64,000 nucleotides of DNA, from the NCBI GenBank assembly GCA_963829525.1, contig CAWHIJ010000003.1:1120001-1184000 (forward strand). Reading direction: 5' to 3'. Shown here in pieces: positions 32,392-44,917 of this stretch (within the stretch, counting starts at the first letter, position 1; the number at the start of each line of letters is the position of its first letter). This stretch comes from an uncultured Actinomycetota bacterium (lineage in GTDB: Bacteria > Actinomycetota > Actinomycetes > JAHEKZ01). Position numbers and translations under genes: made by a program. The notes under the pieces are model-generated. The model saw only the letters and a list, made by a program, of their open reading frames with translations, was not told where the DNA came from and did no database searches.

Positions 32392-34755
32392 GTGATCGAG
32401 GGCGCCGACCGTGCACGACGTCGACTCAACATCTCCGGTGTCGTGCAGGGGGTGGGCTTTCGGCCCTTTGTGTACCGAATCGCTGGCGAGCTGCAGCTGA
32501 GCGGATCGGTCTGCAACGACGCGGGTGGGGTCGTCGTCGAGGTTGAGGGGTCAGTCGAGGCCCTTGAGGGGTTCGAGCGCCGACTGGTTGCGCAGGCTCC
32601 GCCGATGTCTCGCGTGGAGTTGGTGCAGAGAACCGACCTGTCCGTCACCGGCGAGAGCGGCTTCCATATCGGCACGAGCCACGACGACGGCACCGGCACG
32701 AGCCCGGTGGCTCTGGTGCCGGCTGACACCGCCTGCTGCGCCGACTGCGTCCGAGAGACTCTCGACCCGGCTGACCGCCGGGCGCGCTACCCCTTCACCG
32801 CCTGCACCTACTGCGGCCCGCGGTTCACCATGGTGACGGGTCTCCCGTATGACCGGCCCTTCACCACCATGGCGCGCTTTGCGTTGTGTCAAGAGTGTCA
32901 ACGCGAGTACGACGACCCCGCAGACCGCCGCTTCCACGCGCAGCCCACTGCGTGCGCGGAGTGTGGCCCGTCACTCTCTTTCCGAAGCACTCGCTCGGGG
33001 GAGCGTGCTAATGCTGTCGGCGACCAAGCACTTGCGTTGGCACTTGCGGTGCTGGAGGACGGTGGGGTCGTGGCCGTCAAGGGTGTGGGTGGATATCACC
33101 TGGCTTGTGACGCCACCCGTCCGGAGGTGGTCAGGCAGCTGCGTCGACGCAAACAGCGCTCGGACAAGCCGTTCGCGGTTCTGGTCCCCGCCATCGACGT
33201 CGCGCGACGGCTCGTGTCTGTCGACGACGTGGCAGAGCGGGAGCTTTGCTCGCCGGCGGCGCCGATCGTGGTGCTTCCGGCCCACGTGGGCGACTGGGCG
33301 CAGGTAGTTGCCGAGTCGGTTGCGCCCCGAGTCCACTCGGTCGGCGTGATGCTTGCCTACACCCCGCTCCACCACCTGCTGTTCCGCCCACACCCTTTGC
33401 GTCCCGACGGGTGGGTGCCCGAGGTGTTGGTGTTCACCAGCGGCAATCTGACCGACGAGCCGATCTGCACCGACCCGGAGGAGGCGGAGCAGCGGCTCGG
33501 TGACGTCGCGGACGCCTTCCTGCATCACGACCGTCCGATCCACGTCGCGTGTGATGACTCAGTCGAGCGGGTTGCGAACCGTGTTGTGCTGCCAGTCCGG
33601 CGCAGTCGGGGATATGCTCCGGTACCCGTGCGCCTGCCGTTCAGCTCCCCGCCGGTCCTGGCAGTCGGCGGAGAGCTGAAGGCGACGGTCTGCGTAACAG
33701 CGGGCGAACGCGCCTGGCTGTCACAACACCTCGGTGACGTCGCCTCGCTGGCGACCCTGCAGTCACTGGAGCGCGCAGTCGACGTGCTCTCCTCGTTGGC
33801 TCGGGTAGCTCCGGAGGCCGTCGTGGCCGACCTTCATCCTGGATACCTGTCGCACCGTTGGGCGCGGGAGCGAGCCGCGGCGACGGGGAGTTCCCTTCTT
33901 TTAGTGCAGCATCACCACGCGCATCTCGCCTCGTTGCTGGCCGAGCACGCGTGGCCAGTGGGTGAGCCGGTGCTCGGGTTCGCCTTCGACGGAACCGGCT
34001 ATGGCCACGACGGCACGATCTGGGGCGGCGAGCTGCTGCTCGGGTCCTACGCAGCGGTCGAACGCGTGGGTCACCTTGCCGCGGTACCGCTGCCGGGAGG
34101 GGACGCCGCAGCGCGCCACCCGTCCCGGATGGCGTTGGCGCACCTGGCCGCTGCCGGCATCGAGCCCGATCCACACCTGCCGCTCGTCGCCGACCCTGTC
34201 GAGCGTCGGGTCCTGGCAGGGATGATCCGCAGTGGGGCCGGATGTGTGCCCACCACCAGCATGGGTCGGCTCTTCGACGCCGTTGCCGCCCTCGTGGGGC
34301 AGACCGGGGAGGCCACCTACGAGGGGCAGGCGGCCGTGGAGCTGGAGGCGCTGAGCGATCAGACGCGGCGGCGTGGCGGCGACCGGTCGGGCCAGACCCT
34401 CGTCATGCCGGTGTCCGACGACTTGGTGATCGATCCGGCCCCTCTGGTCCGAGGGTGCGTCGCTGCCCTGCTCGACGGGGCCACGGCGGGCTCCGTGGGG
34501 CTCGCCTTCCACGAGGCGCTGGCCGCGGCGATGCTGGATTCGGCTCGACGGGTCCGCAGTTCCCACGGGGTTGACGTGGTGGGTCTGACCGGCGGGGTCT
34601 TCCAGAACGCTCTGCTGTCCGACATCGCTCGGGCATCATTGGAGCGAGCCGGCTTCACGGTTCTCATGCACGAGACGGTGCCCGCCAACGACGGTGGCCT
34701 CGCTCTCGGGCAGGCAGCGGTCGCCGCGCTCGGCGGCGCAAAGGAGAGTGGCTGA
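32392..34755 (+). CDS. hypF: Carbamoyltransferase HypF
   Basis: GVVQGVGFRPF acylphosphatase domain, Zn fingers, RRFHAQP, KGVGGYHL, QHHHAH, DGTGYG, PANDGG. Confidence 0.96.
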   Translation: MIEGADRARRRLNISGVVQGVGFRPFVYRIAGELQLSGSVCNDAGGVVVEVEGSVEALEGFERRLVAQAPPMSRVELVQRTDLSVTGESGFHIGTSHDDGTGTSPVALVPADTACCADCVRETLDPADRRARYPFTACTYCGPRFTMVTGLPYDRPFTTMARFALCQECQREYDDPADRRFHAQPTACAECGPSLSFRSTRSGERANAVGDQALALALAVLEDGGVVAVKGVGGYHLACDATRPEVVRQLRRRKQRSDKPFAVLVPAIDVARRLVSVDDVAERELCSPAAPIVVLPAHVGDWAQVVAESVAPRVHSVGVMLAYTPLHHLLFRPHPLRPDGWVPEVLVFTSGNLTDEPICTDPEEAEQRLGDVADAFLHHDRPIHVACDDSVERVANRVVLPVRRSRGYAPVPVRLPFSSPPVLAVGGELKATVCVTAGERAWLSQHLGDVASLATLQSLERAVDVLSSLARVAPEAVVADLHPGYLSHRWARERAAATGSSLLLVQHHHAHLASLLAEHAWPVGEPVLGFAFDGTGYGHDGTIWGGELLLGSYAAVERVGHLAAVPLPGGDAAARHPSRMALAHLAAAGIEPDPHLPLVADPVERRVLAGMIRSGAGCVPTTSMGRLFDAVAALVGQTGEATYEGQAAVELEALSDQTRRRGGDRSGQTLVMPVSDDLVIDPAPLVRGCVAALLDGATAGSVGLAFHEALAAAMLDSARRVRSSHGVDVVGLTGGVFQNALLSDIARASLERAGFTVLMHETVPANDGGLALGQAAVAALGGAKESG

Positions 34756-34756
34756 G

Positions 34757-35014
34757 ATGTGCTTGGGAGTGCCTGGCCGCATCGAGGAGCTGTGGGACAC
34801 CGGGGGGACGCAGATGGCGCGCGTCGACTTCGGCGGCGTCCGCAAGGAGGTCTGCCTGGCGTATCTGCCGGATCTGCAGGTCGGCGACTACGCGATCGTC
34901 CATGTCGGCTTTGCGATCAGCCAGGTCGACGAGGCATCGGCGCATGAGACGCTTCGACTGTTCCAAGAGCTCGGCGCGCTGGAGGAAGAGCTCGGCGCCT
35001 CACCAAAGGAGTGA
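34757..35014 (+). CDS. hypC: Hydrogenase chaperone HypC
   Basis: [19 protein letters not shown]. Confidence 0.96.
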   Translation: MCLGVPGRIEELWDTGGTQMARVDFGGVRKEVCLAYLPDLQVGDYAIVHVGFAISQVDEASAHETLRLFQELGALEEELGASPKE

Positions 35015-35016
35015 GC

Positions 35017-36116
<1,100 letters not shown>

Positions 36117-36120
<4 letters not shown>

Positions 36121-37214
36121 CCACCCCAGATCTCGAGTCGTGGTCGTGTCCGGTGCCTCTGCGCGACACTCCGACGGTGGTTCTGGGTCACGGCGGGGGC
36201 GGGCGGCTCTCGGGTGAGCTGGTGCAGCACCTCTTTGTACCCGCCTTCTCCCGTTCGACCGATGACGTCACGACATCTGCGGCAGATGCTGAGGTGGGAG
36301 CACTCCATCGACTTGGTGACGCCGCGGTGGTGCCGTTCGGCGGCGGTCGGCTGGTCATGACGACGGACTCGTACGTCGTGCGGCCGCGCTGGTTCCCGGG
36401 GGGCAGCATCGGCGACCTCGCCGTCAACGGCACGGTCAACGACCTGGCCATGATGGGTGCTCAGCCGCTCTACCTGACGGTGGGGCTCATCCTCGAGGAG
36501 GGCCTCGAGGTCGCCGAGCTCGGACGGATCGCCGAGGTCATGGGGCGAGCCGCGCGCGAGGCCGGGGTGACCATCGTGGCCGGCGACACGAAGGTGGTCG
36601 ACCGCGGCCACGGTGACGGGCTGTACGTCAACACCGCAGGGGTCGGCATGATCGCCGACGGAGTCGACATCGGGCCAGAACGTGCCCGTCCCGGGGACGT
36701 GGTGCTGGTGAGCGGCGCGATCGGAGAGCACGGCATCGCGGTCATGAGCGTGCGCGAGGGGCTCGAGTTCGGCAGCGAGATCCGCTCGGACACCGCACCA
36801 CTGGCCGGCTTGGTCGCCGACCTGCTGGCGGCCGGCGTCGACGTCCGGGTCCTACGCGACCCGACGCGCGGGGGAGTCGCGGCGACCCTGAACGAGATCG
36901 CTGCTGCCTCGAACGTCGGCATCGCGCTTGATGAACGGAGCATCCCGGTACCGGACGATGTCCGTGCCGCCTGTGGTTTCTTGGGTCTTGACCCCCTCTG
37001 TGTCGCCAACGAGGGAAAGCTCGTGGCCTTCGTGGCGGCCGACAGTGCTGACCGCGCACTGGAGGTCATGCGTGCGCATCCGCGCGGGGGTCAGGCGGCC
37101 GTCATCGGTGCGGTCGTCGAGGAGCATCCGGGCGTGGTCGTTGCCCGAACGCCGATCGGCGGAACCCGCGTGGTCGACTTACCGCTCGCCGAGCAGCTGC
37201 CGCGCATCTGCTAG
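36117..37214 (+). CDS. hypE: Carbamoyl dehydratase HypE
   Basis: [25 protein letters not shown]-terminal PRIC. Confidence 0.96.
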
Positions 37215-37221
37215 CCACCGG

Positions 37222-37265
37222 TAGCCGCTAAGCGCTGAAATGTACATTTCAGCGCTTAGCGGCTA
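37222..37265. promoter_or_regulatory. Perfect 44-bp palindrome over the TA promoter (operator)
   Basis: TAGCCGCTAAGCGCTGAAATGT|ACATTTCAGCGCTTAGCGGCTA; TGTACA-N17-TATTGT precedes ATG 37276. Confidence 0.75.
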
Positions 37266-37275
37266 TTGTGGCGGC

Positions 37276-37542
37276 ATGGCAGAGATAACCGTCACTGAGG
37301 CACGTGCACGGCTGGCGGACGTGGTGGACGAGGCGCGGGTCGCGCACGACCCGGTCTTCCTGACCCGGCGCGGGCGCCGCGTGGCCGCGGTGATCGATGC
37401 CGACGACCTGGAGGGGCTGATCGAAGCAGCCGAGGACCTCGAAGACATCCGAGCCGCGGACGCTGCGCGCGCCGAGGTGGCCGAGTCCGGTGCGCCGCCC
37501 ATCCCGTGGGATCAGGTGAAGGCAGACCTGGGCTTGGCATGA
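37276..37542 (+). CDS. Phd/YefM family antitoxin
   Basis: ITVTEARARLADVV, PVFLTRRGRRVAAVI, IPWDQVKADLGL. Confidence 0.92.
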   Translation: MAEITVTEARARLADVVDEARVAHDPVFLTRRGRRVAAVIDADDLEGLIEAAEDLEDIRAADAARAEVAESGAPPIPWDQVKADLGLA

Positions 37543-37811
37543 CAGCGGAGTACCGCGTCGAGGTCCTCCCACCTGCGGCGCGCCAGCTACGCAAGCTGGA
37601 CGCAACTGCCCGGCGCAGGGTCCAGGCGGCCATCGAGCTGCTGGCTGTCGACCCGCGGCCGGCCGGCGCCAAGCAGCTAGTCGGGGGCGCGGGCGAGTGG
37701 CGCGTCCGCACCGGCGACTACCGCGTCGTCTACGAGATCCACAATGACGTGCTGCTGGTGCTGGTAGTCGCTGTCGGACACCGCAGGGACATCTACCGCC
37801 GGTCGCGATGA
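37539..37811 (+). CDS. relE: RelE/ParE family toxin
   Basis: YRVEVLPPAARQLRKL, PRPAG, WRVRTGDYRVVY, VGHRRDIYR. Confidence 0.92.
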   Translation: MTAEYRVEVLPPAARQLRKLDATARRRVQAAIELLAVDPRPAGAKQLVGGAGEWRVRTGDYRVVYEIHNDVLLVLVVAVGHRRDIYRRSR

Positions 37812-37816
37812 GTGGA

Positions 37817-38273
37817 TCACGCCTCGTCGGTGAGGGCGCTCAGCGCGGCGTCTGCAGCACGTTGGACGGCGGCGCGCACCTCGGGCGACAGCTCGCTGCC
37901 AGCGGCCATTCCGTCCACCTCGATGCCGACCACGAACAGTCGCTGCGGCAGGCGTCCCAAGGCCCGAGACAGCTCGACCGCGGCGGCCAGCCCAAGGGCG
38001 TGGGTTCCGCCGGTTGCCCAGCCGTCGGAGGGCAACGGTGTCTCGGTGACATCGAGGGTCAGCACGGTGCCGGCGAGCTCGGTCGGACTTCATCGCGTCG
38101 ACCACAACTACTCGCTCGACCCCGCTCCAGGTTTCGATGAGCGAGGCCGGGTCGTCCGACTCCTCCACCGAGATCGGCCCTGTAGCGCGCTCGGCGACGC
38201 GGCGAACCACCGAGATGCCGACGCCGTCGTCGCCGCGCTGCAGGTTGCCCAGGCCAATCAGCAGAGGCGTCAT
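37817..38273 (-). pseudogene. Hydrogenase maturation protease, frameshifted near 38075-38085
   Basis: IGLGNLQRGDDGVG and VVVDA in one frame; GTVL...GTHALGL...LFVVGIE...LSPEV in another. Confidence 0.85.
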
Positions 38274-39577
38274 CGACCGTCCACGGTGAGGTCGAGGAAG
38301 TGCGTGGCACACGAGATGCACGGGTCGTAGTTGCGGACCGCCTGCTCGCACTGCAGGGTCAGCTCGTCGTGCGGCAGGTGCAGCCGAGGCTGCACGAACT
38401 TGCGCAGGTCCTCTTCGATGCTGGCCAGGTTCTGGGACGTCGGTGGAACGATCACTGCATCCTCGATGGTGCCGTCGTCGGCCAGCCGGTAACGGTGGTA
38501 GAGCAGGCCGCGGGGTGCTTCGGTGGCCCCGTGACCGGTACCGGCGGTCGGTGGAACCGCAACCGATGCCTCCGCGCCCCCAGCCCAGCCGTCGATGATG
38601 CGAACGGCCTCATCGAGCGCGTAGACCAGCTCGACCGCGCGCACCACGATCGACTGGAACGGGTTGCGGCACTTCGCACCGAGGCCGGCCTCGCGCGCAG
38701 CCTGCTGGGCGAGCGGGGAGAGCTGGTCGTGGTTGAGCGTGTAGCGGGCCAGCGGGCCGACGACGTAGTTGGTCTGACCGTCCAGGTGCGCGTGCAGTGC
38801 GTTCGACCTTGCGACATGCTCCTCGACGGCGACCTCGCCGAACTCGGCCACCGAGAGAGAGCGACCACTGCTGGTGACGACCGTGCCGCCCTCGAGTGGA
38901 TAGCCGTGGGGCGACCGCAGCGCCACGTACTCCTGGGTCTGCTCGAAGTCGGGGAAGTCGAACCCGGAGACCAGCTGGACGGTCGCGACGGCGTGCTCGA
39001 GCGCCTGCTCCAGCTGCGGGCGGATGGCCATCAGCTCCGTCGGCGACGGCATCCGGTAGAACCCGCCGACCTTGACGTTCACCGGGTGGACGGCGCGTCC
39101 GCCGACCAAGGTCATCAGCGCGTTGCCCGCCTTCTTGAGCGAGAGGCCCTGCTCGACAAGGTCGCGGTGGTCGGCGGCCATCTCCACGGCGCCGTCGTAG
39201 CCCAGGAAGTCGGGGGCGTGCAGCAGGAAGATGTGCAGTGCATGGCTTTCGATCCACTCACCGCAGTACAACAGGCGGCGCAGCTGGCCGATCGGCTCGG
39301 TGACTGCGACTCCACACGCGTCCTCGATCGCCGCGCACGAGCTCATCTGGTACGCCACGGGGCATATGCCACAGATGCGGGCGGTGATGTCGGGCGGCTC
39401 GGTGTAGGCACGTCCGCGCAGGAACGCTTCGAAGAAGCGTGGCGGTTCGAAGATGTTCAGCTCGATATCGGTGACCTCGCCCTCGCTGACGCGGACGAAC
39501 ATCGCGCCCTCGCCCTCGACCCGAGCAAGCGGGTCGGCCTTGAGGACGTGGTCGCCGGACGACATCTTGTGCGTCAT
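38270..39577 (-). CDS. hydA: Group 3b NiFe hydrogenase large (alpha) subunit
   Basis: [36 protein letters not shown] plus a cleavable tail. Confidence 0.95.
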   Translation of the reverse strand: MTHKMSSGDHVLKADPLARVEGEGAMFVRVSEGEVTDIELNIFEPPRFFEAFLRGRAYTEPPDITARICGICPVAYQMSSCAAIEDACGVAVTEPIGQLRRLLYCGEWIESHALHIFLLHAPDFLGYDGAVEMAADHRDLVEQGLSLKKAGNALMTLVGGRAVHPVNVKVGGFYRMPSPTELMAIRPQLEQALEHAVATVQLVSGFDFPDFEQTQEYVALRSPHGYPLEGGTVVTSSGRSLSVAEFGEVAVEEHVARSNALHAHLDGQTNYVVGPLARYTLNHDQLSPLAQQAAREAGLGAKCRNPFQSIVVRAVELVYALDEAVRIIDGWAGGAEASVAVPPTAGTGHGATEAPRGLLYHRYRLADDGTIEDAVIVPPTSQNLASIEEDLRKFVQPRLHLPHDELTLQCEQAVRNYDPCISCATHFLDLTVDGR

Positions 39578-40380
39578 GGCTGTTCCCTCCCGGCCTTCCC
39601 GAGCGCAGGTTCGTGTCGCTCGCTCTCGGCGTGAAATGCGGGCGACGCTGCGTTGAAGGTGCGGAACACCCGCACCACGTCGCGCTGCGGCATACCCAGG
39701 TCGACCAGCTGGTTACCGAGCGACGCAGCGTTCGCGGTGTCCTGCGGGCCGAAGCAGCCGTAGCAACCCCGGGAGTAGGTGGGACAAAGGGCGCCGCACC
39801 CGGCCTGGGTCACCGGTCCGAGGCAGGGGGTTCCGTGCGCGACGGTGACGCACACAGTGCCGCGCCGCTTGCACTCGACGCAGACGCTGTACGCGGGGAT
39901 CTGTGGCCGCCGCCCGCTCACCAAGGCGGTGAGCACCTCGAGCAGCTGGTGCTTGTCGACCGGGCAGCCACGCAGCTCGAAGTCGACCGCGACGTGCTCG
40001 GCGATCCCAGTGGAGTGGTCGAGCGTCGAGAGGTACTCGGGGTGGGCGTAGACGATCGACCGGTACTCGGCAACGTCGGCGAAGTTGCGCAGTGCCTGGA
40101 TCCCACCGCTTGTCGCGCACGCCCCGATGGTGACGAGCAGCTTCGATGACTTACGGATCTCCTGGATCCGCTCGGCGTCGTGCGGCGTCGTCACCGAGCC
40201 CTCGACCAGTGAGACGTCGTAGGGGCCGTCGACCACGCCGCGGGTGGCCTCGGGGAAGTAGGCGATCTGCACCGCCCCGGCCAGCGGGATCAGCTCGTCC
40301 TCGCAGTTGAGGATGGTCAGCTGGCAGCCATCACAGGACGCGAACTTCCACACAGCCAGCGTGGGACGGTCGGCAGACAT
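39574..40380 (-). CDS. hydD: Group 3b hydrogenase small (delta) subunit
   Basis: [40 protein letters not shown]. Confidence 0.93.
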   Translation of the reverse strand: MSADRPTLAVWKFASCDGCQLTILNCEDELIPLAGAVQIAYFPEATRGVVDGPYDVSLVEGSVTTPHDAERIQEIRKSSKLLVTIGACATSGGIQALRNFADVAEYRSIVYAHPEYLSTLDHSTGIAEHVAVDFELRGCPVDKHQLLEVLTALVSGRRPQIPAYSVCVECKRRGTVCVTVAHGTPCLGPVTQAGCGALCPTYSRGCYGCFGPQDTANAASLGNQLVDLGMPQRDVVRVFRTFNAASPAFHAESERHEPALGKAGREQP

Positions 40381-40381
40381 C

Positions 40382-41242
40382 TCACAGCTCCCTGGTGGCG
40401 ACGAGTGGGGCGAGCACCGGGTAGTCGAGCACGGGGCCGTCGACGCAGATGAACAGGTCGCGCAGCTGGCAGTGGCCGCAGAGCCCGACGCCGCACTTCA
40501 TGTTGCGCTCCATCGACCAGCGGACGCGCTCGGGGGCGACGCCCCGGTCGAGCAGCGCCTGCGTCACCATCCGCATCATCACCTCAGGTCCGCACAGCAG
40601 GGCCAAGGTCTGTTCGGGGTCGACGTCGGCCCTCGGGATCAGTGACGTCACCAGGCCGACCCGGCCGCGCCAATCGGCGGTGCCGTGGTCGACGATGGTG
40701 TGGACCTCGATGCCGCGCGCGGCCCACTGCTTGAGCTCGTCGGGGTAGAGCTGGTCGGCCGGGCTCCGCGCCCCGTAGAGCAGGGCGACGTTGCGGTAGC
40801 GGTCGCGTTGCGCGACCAGCTGCAGCAGTGCCGGACGCAGGGGGGCGAGGCCGATACCGCCAGTGACCACCAGCACGTCACGGCCCTCACCGTCGGCAAC
40901 CTCCCAGCCGGTGCCGTAGGGCCCTCGCACCTCGAGGACGTCTCCTACCCGTGCCTGCACAAGCATGTGGGTGACGCCGCCGACGTCTCGGATGGTGTGG
41001 CGCAAGGGCGGTGCGGCCGGGTCACCGCTGATCGAGATCGGCACCTCACCGATGCCGAGCCGTCCGAGCATCGTGAACTGGCCCGGCGCGAAGATTAGGC
41101 CAGGTCCGTCCACCGGCTCGAGGTCCAGCGTGGCGGTGTCGGCGGTGTCCTGGTGGCGGGCGACCACACGGAACGGCCGGGGGAGCATCGGGTCGTCCGG
41201 CGCTGCCTCCAGGGCGTGGGTGCCGAGCTCAGTTGAGGGCAC
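40382..41242 (-). CDS. hydG: Group 3b hydrogenase gamma subunit (FAD/NAD(P), 2Fe-2S)
   Basis: [40 protein letters not shown]. Confidence 0.92.
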   Translation of the reverse strand: MPSTELGTHALEAAPDDPMLPRPFRVVARHQDTADTATLDLEPVDGPGLIFAPGQFTMLGRLGIGEVPISISGDPAAPPLRHTIRDVGGVTHMLVQARVGDVLEVRGPYGTGWEVADGEGRDVLVVTGGIGLAPLRPALLQLVAQRDRYRNVALLYGARSPADQLYPDELKQWAARGIEVHTIVDHGTADWRGRVGLVTSLIPRADVDPEQTLALLCGPEVMMRMVTQALLDRGVAPERVRWSMERNMKCGVGLCGHCQLRDLFICVDGPVLDYPVLAPLVATREL

Positions 41243-41699
41243 CGGGCGCTCCGTACAGGTCGAGCAGTCGGACGCGGGCGGCCTGCAGCCGCTCGTACAT
41301 GACACCGGCCACGCGCTGCATGAGGTGGTAGCCGATTTCAGGGTCGGCGTCGCACTTGTCGCGCAGGCACTTGCCGTCGAAGACGACATGGCTGGTGGGC
41401 TCGACGGCGCGCGCGTCGAAGAGCCAGCGGTACGGCGGGATCAGCCACGACCAGCCGAGCACCTCGCCGGCTTCCACCGTCTCGATGACGACGGGGCCGC
41501 CGACCGGGTTGTGCGTCTCGATGGTGACGCGGCCGTGCCGGATGACGTAGAACACGTCGGCGGGCTCGCCCTCGCGGTAGAGGTACTCGCCGGTGGAGGT
41601 GTGCCGGTTCGCTGCACAACCGGCGAGGAGGGTCAGCACCTCGGCGTCGAGCCCAGCGAAGAAGGGGTGCTCGTGCAACAGCTGGTCCACGGTGCGCAT
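41229..41699 (-). CDS. Stand-alone cyclic-nucleotide-binding domain protein
   Basis: [34 protein letters not shown]; no HTH domain. Confidence 0.88.
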   Translation of the reverse strand: MRTVDQLLHEHPFFAGLDAEVLTLLAGCAANRHTSTGEYLYREGEPADVFYVIRHGRVTIETHNPVGGPVVIETVEAGEVLGWSWLIPPYRWLFDARAVEPTSHVVFDGKCLRDKCDADPEIGYHLMQRVAGVMYERLQAARVRLLDLYGAPGALN

Positions 41700-41700
41700 G

Positions 41701-42843
41701 TCAGTCTCCTGCAGACGTAGGGGCGGAGGGCTGGGGGTGGGGTGCGGTGGCGCGGATGGCGGCGACCTCGGCGGTCAGGTCGATCGCCACGGGGCACCAG
41801 GTGATGCACCGGCCACAGCCGACACAGCCGGAGGTGCCGAACTGGTCCCACCAGGAGGCGAGCTTGTGGGTGGCCCACTGGCGGTAACGAGACTTGGTGG
41901 TGCCGCGGACGCTGCCACCGTGCAGGTGGGAGAAGTCCGTGGTGAAGCAGGAGTCCCAGACGCGTGAGCGCTCGCTGGAGCCGTCAGCCAGTCCGGACGT
42001 GTCCTCGATCGAGGTGCAGAAGCAGGTAGGACACACGAGGGTGCAGTTGCTGCACGCCAGGCAGCGGCTCGCGACGTCGTCCCACTGCGGGTGCTCAGCG
42101 TTCACGTAGAGCAGGTCTCGGATGTCGGTCGTATCCAGGTGACGGCCCATCCGTCCGACTGCCGAGTCGACCACTGCGGTGGCAGCGGAGGTGTCGGTCT
42201 CGGTCACAGGAGTCGCTGGTAGGCGGTTCAGGAGGTCCGAGCCGCGCGAGCTGCCCGCGCGAATGAGGAAGCGATGTCCGTCGTCGTTAAGCAACTCGGT
42301 CAGCGCAAGATCGAACCCTTCGCGCGGGTCGGGTCCGGTGCCCATGGAGGCGCAGAAGCAAGTGCCGCCGGGGTCGGAACAGGTGACCGCGACGATGAAG
42401 ACCGCCTCGCGGCGGGCCGTGTAGTTGGCGTCGGCGACGGGACGGTCGCGCAGCACGCGGTCGTGCACGGCGATGGCGTGCAGGTCGCAGGAGCGCACGC
42501 CGAACAGCGCTAGTGGTGTCGGGTCAAAGGCGGGTGATGGCTCGCCGTCGGGTCCGGTTCGACGGAGCCGCTCGCGCGCGGGGAACAGCAGCGACTTCCA
42601 CGACTGGGGGCCGACGACGAAGCCAAAGAGTGCGTCGTCCCCACGCTCACGCAGTCGGTAGCAGGCACCATCCTGCTCGTCGCCGACGCCGCGCGGGAGA
42701 TCGTCGACGAGGGCGATCTCGGTTGTGGCGATCACTCCGTCCTGGACGGACGGCCCCATCACGGTCCAGCCGTCGCCGCGGAGGGCGTCGAGCAGGACCT
42801 GAAGGCCGTCGACGGTGAGGACCGCGGCCGTTGGGGGAGCCAT
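41701..42843 (-). CDS. hydB: Group 3b hydrogenase beta subunit (4Fe-4S dicluster)
   Basis: [40 protein letters not shown]. Confidence 0.92.
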   Translation of the reverse strand: MAPPTAAVLTVDGLQVLLDALRGDGWTVMGPSVQDGVIATTEIALVDDLPRGVGDEQDGACYRLRERGDDALFGFVVGPQSWKSLLFPARERLRRTGPDGEPSPAFDPTPLALFGVRSCDLHAIAVHDRVLRDRPVADANYTARREAVFIVAVTCSDPGGTCFCASMGTGPDPREGFDLALTELLNDDGHRFLIRAGSSRGSDLLNRLPATPVTETDTSAATAVVDSAVGRMGRHLDTTDIRDLLYVNAEHPQWDDVASRCLACSNCTLVCPTCFCTSIEDTSGLADGSSERSRVWDSCFTTDFSHLHGGSVRGTTKSRYRQWATHKLASWWDQFGTSGCVGCGRCITWCPVAIDLTAEVAAIRATAPHPQPSAPTSAGD

Positions 42844-42902
42844 TGAAGTTACCTCCGCATCGGCGTCTACTCCAGACTCTGGCTGTTGGAGCCCCCACAC
42901 TA

Positions 42903-42916
42903 GGGACCAAAGGCAC
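42903..42916. promoter_or_regulatory. DosR/DevR-like box upstream of the hydrogenase operon
   Basis: GGGACCAAAGGCAC resembles the GGGAC-N4-GNCCC core; about 60 bp before the beta start. Confidence 0.5.
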
Positions 42917-42956
42917 AACCACCCGGCAGCTGACGGCTACAGCCGGCTTGCACCAG

Positions 42957-44180
42957 TTAGTCGGGCAGCGGGCTTGCAGAATCGGTGAGAGCTGCAACGC
43001 TCACTTCACGGTCGGAAAGGATCAGCTTCTTGATCGCGTCGGTGACGTCCCACGTGTTGACGTTCATTCCGGCCCGCACCTTGCCCTTGTCCAGCCAGAA
43101 CGCGATGAACTCCCCGCTCGCAGGGTCACCTCGAAAGGCGACCTGGTCGTATCCATCCGGCTCAACGTAGCCGGTGTACTCCATGCCGAGGTCGTACTGG
43201 TCAGTGAAGAAGTACGGAAGGCGGTCATACACCACCCCTTCATTCAGCATCGACCGAGCGGCCACTGGTCCCTGGTGGAGGGCATTAGCCCAGTGCTCAA
43301 CTCGGAGGTTCCGACCCAGAACGGGATGGTAGGCGTTGGCGACGTCGCCGGCTGCATAGATGTGGGGGTCCGAGGTTTGAAGATGGCCGTTGACGTCGAT
43401 ACCGTTCTCCACGCTCAATCCAGCCTCGCGAGCAAGCCCGTCGTTTGGGGTGATGCCAACTCCAACGATCACAATGTCGGCCGGAATGACTGTGCTGTCG
43501 CCGAGCCGAACACCGGTCACCCGTCCGTCGGAACCGACCAACTCTTGGACGCTCACGCCGGTACGCAGGTCCACGCCGTTACGGCGGTGCAGATCGGCGA
43601 ACACCTGCGCCACTTCGCGGCCAAGGACCCGGAGCAGCGGAAGCTCCCCTGCCTCCAGAATTGTCGTGCCCAGCCCAGCGGCGCGCGCGGCGGCAGCGGT
43701 CTCCAGGCCGATCCAGCCACCCCCGATGACCACGACGCTGGATCCATCTGCGAACGCAGAGCGCAGGCGTTGACTATCTTCCAGCCGCCGGAGGTAATGG
43801 ACCCCGTCGAGGTCGGTGCCGGGGATCGGCAATCGACGCGGAGTGGAACCGGTGGCAAGCAGCAACTTGTCGAAACCGAGTCGATCCGCGCCGGCGAGCA
43901 CGACCTCTCGCGTTCCGCGGTCGAGGGAGGTGGCTGCCGTGCCCAACCGTAGGTCGACATCATGGACGCCATACCAATCGGCCGGGTGAACGAAGACCTT
44001 CTCCCTCTCTAGGGTGCCCTGGAGGAATCCCTTGGAGAGCGGCGGACGCTCGTATGGTCGGTCTGTCTCATCACCCAACAACACCACTTGGCCGCCGAAC
44101 CCCTCCTCGCGCAACGTTTCAGCCGCCTTGGCCCCGGCCAGCCCAGCTCCGACTATGACGAATCGCTCGTTAGGGGTCAT
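42957..44180 (-). CDS. NAD(P)H ferredoxin-reductase-type flavoprotein
   Basis: GAGLAG, YERPPLSK, LLATG, GGGWIGLE, IYAAGD, RVEHW, PYFFTDQY. Confidence 0.92.
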   Translation of the reverse strand: MTPNERFVIVGAGLAGAKAAETLREEGFGGQVVLLGDETDRPYERPPLSKGFLQGTLEREKVFVHPADWYGVHDVDLRLGTAATSLDRGTREVVLAGADRLGFDKLLLATGSTPRRLPIPGTDLDGVHYLRRLEDSQRLRSAFADGSSVVVIGGGWIGLETAAAARAAGLGTTILEAGELPLLRVLGREVAQVFADLHRRNGVDLRTGVSVQELVGSDGRVTGVRLGDSTVIPADIVIVGVGITPNDGLAREAGLSVENGIDVNGHLQTSDPHIYAAGDVANAYHPVLGRNLRVEHWANALHQGPVAARSMLNEGVVYDRLPYFFTDQYDLGMEYTGYVEPDGYDQVAFRGDPASGEFIAFWLDKGKVRAGMNVNTWDVTDAIKKLILSDREVSVAALTDSASPLPD

Positions 44181-44353
44181 GGGGACAGTCTCACTCAGCG
44201 TCTGTTGATTGGGAACATCCAGCCCGCGAACCATGTTCTGCCGACCGTGCCTCAGCCGAGGGAAATTGGCGGCGAGTTGGAAGTGTGCGCGTCCTGGTCC
44301 GTGGGTAGCAACTGGATGGTTACAGGCAGCCGCTGCGAGGCCAGGAGGTCCCC

Positions 44354-44917
44354 ATGTCAGACAGGAAACCACTGCGTGTCATTCCGATTCGTTCGCCGCG
44401 CCCCCCGTCCGGGGAGGCCACGCGGCGCGGCCTTGGAGTTGACGCCACAGAACGACACAACAGCAGGGTGAGCTCGGAGCAGATGGGGACCTCGATTCAG
44501 TCGGCGACGGCCATCATCGCCGTTGCCTTCCTCGGAGTTGGAATCTTCGGCTTCATCCCTGGACTCGTCACTGACTTTGACGGCATGACCTTCGCAGGGC
44601 ACGATTCGAGAGCACACCTCTTCGGCCTCTTTGAGGTATCAGCGCTCCACAACATCATGCATCTGCTGTTCGGCGCTGTGGGCCTCATCTCCGTCCGCAC
44701 CTGGAGCACTGCTCGCGCATTCCTCGTCGCAGGCGGCCTGGTCTACCTGGTGTTTTGGATCTACGGGTTGCTCGTGTATGGCGGCGGCGCCGCGAACTTC
44801 ATCTCGTTCAACAGGGCGGACAACTGGCTCCACCTGGGCCTCGGTCTCGGGATGCTGGCTTTGGGAATTCTGCTAGATCGAGACCGAGGAAGGCTCGCGC
44901 TGGCAGCGGCACCATGA
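44354..44917 (+). CDS. DUF4383 membrane protein
   Basis: GFIPG, LFGLFEVSALHN, NRADNWLHLGLG; SD AGGAGG. Confidence 0.85.
   Translation: MSDRKPLRVIPIRSPRPPSGEATRRGLGVDATERHNSRVSSEQMGTSIQSATAIIAVAFLGVGIFGFIPGLVTDFDGMTFAGHDSRAHLFGLFEVSALHNIMHLLFGAVGLISVRTWSTARAFLVAGGLVYLVFWIYGLLVYGGGAANFISFNRADNWLHLGLGLGMLALGILLDRDRGRLALAAAP

Noticed and set aside
38300-39634. Long opposite-strand ORFs such as 38300..39634, 7778..9034, 3365..4507 and 42831..43952
   Set aside because: Antisense shadows of real high-GC genes; no motifs and no RBS.
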